NCBI GenBank assembly: GCA_028695135.1
Contig: JAQVJM010000002.1
Coordinates: 14,249 to 78,248 of the forward strand
Source of the DNA: Candidatus Moraniibacteriota bacterium
GTDB taxonomy: Bacteria; Patescibacteriota; Minisyncoccia; Moranbacterales; UBA9337
Direction of reading: 5' to 3'
Length of the DNA stretch: 64,000 bases
Made by a program: the position numbers and the translations under genes. The notes beneath the pieces are model-generated. The model did not search any database, was not told the origin of the DNA, and saw nothing but the letters and a program-made list of their open reading frames with translations. Each line of letters starts with the position of its first letter. The first letter of the stretch is position 1. Shown one piece after another: positions 61,028 to 64,000 of this stretch.

Positions 61028-62179
61028 ATGAGGATAGGCATCGATGTGCGTTGCCTCTATGAGGGCCGGCAGACCGGAGTGGAGGAGTACGCAGTGAATT
61101 TATTAAAAAATATTTTTAAGGAGGACAAACGCAACAGGTATGTTCTTTTTTTTAACGCTTTCAAGAAAAGCAAGGCCGATTTCGGATGGATAAAGGATTA
61201 TTCCAACGTCGAGCTGAAGACATTCCGCTATCCCAACAAGCTTTTGAATTTTTTGTTCTGGTACCTGAAATATCCCAAGGCCGACAGGATGCTCGGAGGG
61301 GTGGATTATTTTTTTATGCCCAACATCAATTTCATCGCTCTTTCCAGGAAAGCGAAACTGATCTTGACGATCCATGATCTTTCTTTTAAGCATTTTCCGG
61401 AGACTTTTCCTTTCAAGACGCGCCTTTGGCATTGGTTCGTAAATCCGAAGACGCTGGCGCGAAATGCCCAGAAAATCATTGCTGTATCCCGATCCACCAA
61501 GGAGGACTTGGAGCGCATCTATAAAATTCCGGAAGAGAAGATAGAAGTGATTTATAACGGAATTTCGGAAAAATTGGGAGTTATTGACAGGAACAATCCC
61601 AGGCTCCTGGAGGTAAAAGAAAAATACGACTTGCCTTTCAATTTTATATTGTTTTTGGGAACTTTCGAGCCTAGGAAAAACATAATCGGGGCGGTCAGGG
61701 CTTACGAGATTTTGCGGAGACGAGGAGGGAAAGATATGGAAAGATTCAAGCTGGTGATTGCCGGAGCGAGGGGATGGAAATCCAGGAAGATAAAAAAAGA
61801 TATCGGCAGGTCAGAATTTAGAGAGGATATTCTGCTTTTGAATTTCATCGAAGAAGATGATAAGACTTATCTTTACAACCTGGCTTCGCTTTTTGTCTAT
61901 CCTTCTTTTTTCGAGGGTTTCGGAATTCCGCCTTTGGAAGCGATGAAGTGCGGAATAAACGTGGTGGCGTCCAATAATTCTTCCATGCCGGAAGTAGTGG
62001 GGGGAGGGGGAATCTTGGTCGATGCCGACCGACCGGATGAGATCGCCATCGCGATGAGAGAGCTTATTTTGGACAAAAAGGCCAAGGAGGAAATTTCTCG
62101 CGAAAGGATGCGCCAGGTCCAGAAGTTTTCCTGGGGCAGATCGGCCCGGGAATTTATAAGAATGCTGGAATCTTTCTAG
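61028..62179 (+). CDS. Glycosyltransferase family 4
   Basis: MRIGID, TIHDL, GTFEPRKN, PSFFEGFGIPPLEAM. Confidence 0.94.
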   Translation: MRIGIDVRCLYEGRQTGVEEYAVNLLKNIFKEDKRNRYVLFFNAFKKSKADFGWIKDYSNVELKTFRYPNKLLNFLFWYLKYPKADRMLGGVDYFFMPNINFIALSRKAKLILTIHDLSFKHFPETFPFKTRLWHWFVNPKTLARNAQKIIAVSRSTKEDLERIYKIPEEKIEVIYNGISEKLGVIDRNNPRLLEVKEKYDLPFNFILFLGTFEPRKNIIGAVRAYEILRRRGGKDMERFKLVIAGARGWKSRKIKKDIGRSEFREDILLLNFIEEDDKTYLYNLASLFVYPSFFEGFGIPPLEAMKCGINVVASNNSSMPEVVGGGGILVDADRPDEIAIAMRELILDKKAKEEISRERMRQVQKFSWGRSAREFIRMLESF

Positions 62180-62314
62180 ACAATTGAATGTGTATCTTTA
62201 AAGATACACTTTTTAAGGATTTTTTTAGAATTATTTTTTGACAAAGAGATCTTTTTAAGATATATTTTTATGTCTGAGTTATTTTAAAAAAGCCCGAGAA
62301 GGGGCAATTCCCAA

Positions 62315-62665
62315 ATGGAGGAAAAAATGAAAAAGATAGGTTGCTTTCTGGCAGTGGCGTTTGTGTTGGCGTTTTTCTCTTTTGCTTCGGCAGAAGAGAT
62401 GGGAGTTTCCACCAAAAGTTTTGAGCTGGAATGCGGATCGGATAATCTTATACAGGATCTGGGCAACGGATTTACACTGATTGTCGATACCAGTGAAAAT
62501 GATTCCGAGGTTTGCGGATCATACAAAGTTTTCAAGTCGGAATATATACTTATCGAGGGAAGGATACCGAAGGATGATCCGCGATCCAGCGTGTCGATCA
62601 ACGAATATATCTGGGTCACCTTCCAGCCATCGGAAGACGGCCGGAGAGTTTTGGTCAAGTGGTAG
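62315..62665 (+). CDS. Hypothetical secreted protein
   Basis: Signal peptide MKKIG...ASA; promoter TTGACA-17-TATATT at 62238..62266. Confidence 0.75.
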   Translation: MEEKMKKIGCFLAVAFVLAFFSFASAEEMGVSTKSFELECGSDNLIQDLGNGFTLIVDTSENDSEVCGSYKVFKSEYILIEGRIPKDDPRSSVSINEYIWVTFQPSEDGRRVLVKW

Positions 62666-62779
62666 TTTATATGTGGGTACATAATTCTACGACCGTGGAA
62701 TTATGTAACCGGATGTCGGTTGCTTTTTAAAAAAAACATGGCGCGGGTCTGAAAACAGATTTGCGCCGTTTTTTAAATT

Positions 62780-63100
62780 ATTATATATTTTTTGGTCAGT
62801 GTAGGCTTATTTTCTCCACTTTCTTTGACAGCAAAGAAAGTGGATGAAAGAAACTGCGCTCCGTGCTCCACCGCTAAAGCTTTAGGCGGCACGCGGTCGG
62901 CCAAAGCTCGCCTAGGCGAGCGGCGTGCGACCGCACGTGCTTAGTGCTGGCCAAATTTCTTGACGCTTTTTCACTGAAGTTCCACGCGCTTCGCTGTGAA
63001 ACTTCTTAACGCTCAAAAGCTAAAATTTGGAAACGCATTTGCAATGTGCAGATAATATTTGATAGTTTGCCTGATTTCTTTACGCCTCGGTTGTCGCGGA
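62780..63100. repeat. Composite repeat related to 21960..22465
   Basis: 49-nt block 63001..63049 vs 22352..22400 with 3 mismatches; shared GCTCGCCTAGGCGAGC and CGCCTCGGTTGTCGCGGA. Confidence 0.7.
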
Positions 63101-63456
63101 TTAAAGAATATAGCATCACTGATATTTCCCATTTGATTTTTATAGTAAAATCAAAGATTCTGATAAAAAGAAAAAAGCCCTCAATGCGGGAAGAGCGTAT
63201 GGCTTGTCCGCCATGCCCTAGCGCGCATAAAGCGATTAAGGCAGGCAGAATCCCTTGAAAAATATTGTCGGAAAAAATAAATTTTTTCCCTGAAAATCCA
63301 GGTGGGATCCAATTTTTCACTCCTCCGTTCTGAAGGCTCCGATCTGATTGTAGCATAAATCGAGCTTGCTGTCATTTCGATAATTTTTTAAAAACATTTT
63401 CGGATTTACACAATCAGCTTTTTATGTTAAAATGCTATAACTAAAAAATAAAAAAG

Positions 63457-64000
63457 ATGTTTGAAAAAATTCCGACAAAAAATTGGATCTTTTTGGGAAT
63501 ATTTTTATTGATCGCTGGAGCTTCAACTTTCTTGATCTTGCAAGAAATAGACAAAAGAACGGAAATAAGAATAGAAGAGCAGAAAAAGCTTCAGGAGGAA
63601 GCGGAATTCGAGGCGATAGAAATGAAATATGATAAGCTGATCAAAGAGCGAGAAGCGTCTCTTCCTATCGAGCCTCTTTTTGATCCGCCTCCGCCTCCGG
63701 ATATGGAAAGGATAAAAAGAGAGGGGTGCGTGGCGGATGGCCTTCTTAACGGATACAGCAAAGGAACGGAGGAGGCCGTAAAGCTCATCAATAGATCCAA
63801 TTGTTATTATCTCCATCGTTCTGTCGAGACTTGGCTTGAGACGCCGGATTTTGAGGAAATAAAAGAGACGATGGACAAGATAAAGAAAGAAGACATCGTT
63901 TATGGGATGTTCATCGCAGAGGCGATCGATACCAAGGCTGATTATTTTTACGAAACCAGGAACAGGGAATTCGATTTTTCCAGAATGTGCCGTGACGGAA
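63457..64000 (+). CDS. Hypothetical membrane-anchored protein, 3'-truncated by window
   Basis: MFEKIPTKNWIFLGIFLLIAG..., frame appears open to window end. Confidence 0.7.
   Translation, partial: MFEKIPTKNWIFLGIFLLIAGASTFLILQEIDKRTEIRIEEQKKLQEEAEFEAIEMKYDKLIKEREASLPIEPLFDPPPPPDMERIKREGCVADGLLNGYSKGTEEAVKLINRSNCYYLHRSVETWLETPDFEEIKETMDKIKKEDIVYGMFIAEAIDTKADYFYETRNREFDFSRMCRDG

Noticed and set aside
63006-63375. Minus-strand ORFs near window end
   Set aside because: Overlap repeat DNA, no motifs, conflicting frames

Overview
AT-rich chromosomal window from a reduced-genome bacterium, most likely Patescibacteria/CPR (Parcubacteria-type; inferred from gene content, unlinked rRNA genes and repeat families). 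The genetic code is 11, since TGA ends recR and mscL. It holds housekeeping genes (rplU, recR, dnaB, groES, fmt, def, two thyX, tmk, gatB, ispG, mscL, cysS, corA, yidD, trmD, ftsW, mraY, pgk, eno, gpmI), glycosyltransferase and membrane-protein clusters and a VirD4/TraD-like ATPase locus. It also has a 23S-5S locus with no adjacent 16S, carrying four long hairpin insertions and an ORF-less group I intron. The most unusual signals are non-coding. (1) A complete tRNA-Gln(CUG) is nested where the anticodon arm of a second, otherwise intact tRNA-Gln-like cloverleaf should be. (2) A tandem degenerate copy of tRNA-Arg has a structured insert replacing its D-arm. (3) A dispersed set of 7-nt and 9-nt periodic hairpin elements occurs in 23S rRNA helices, in-frame inside essential proteins (GatB, Eno, TrmD, a GT4) and at many gene junctions. 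All calls come from manual reading; no databases were searched.
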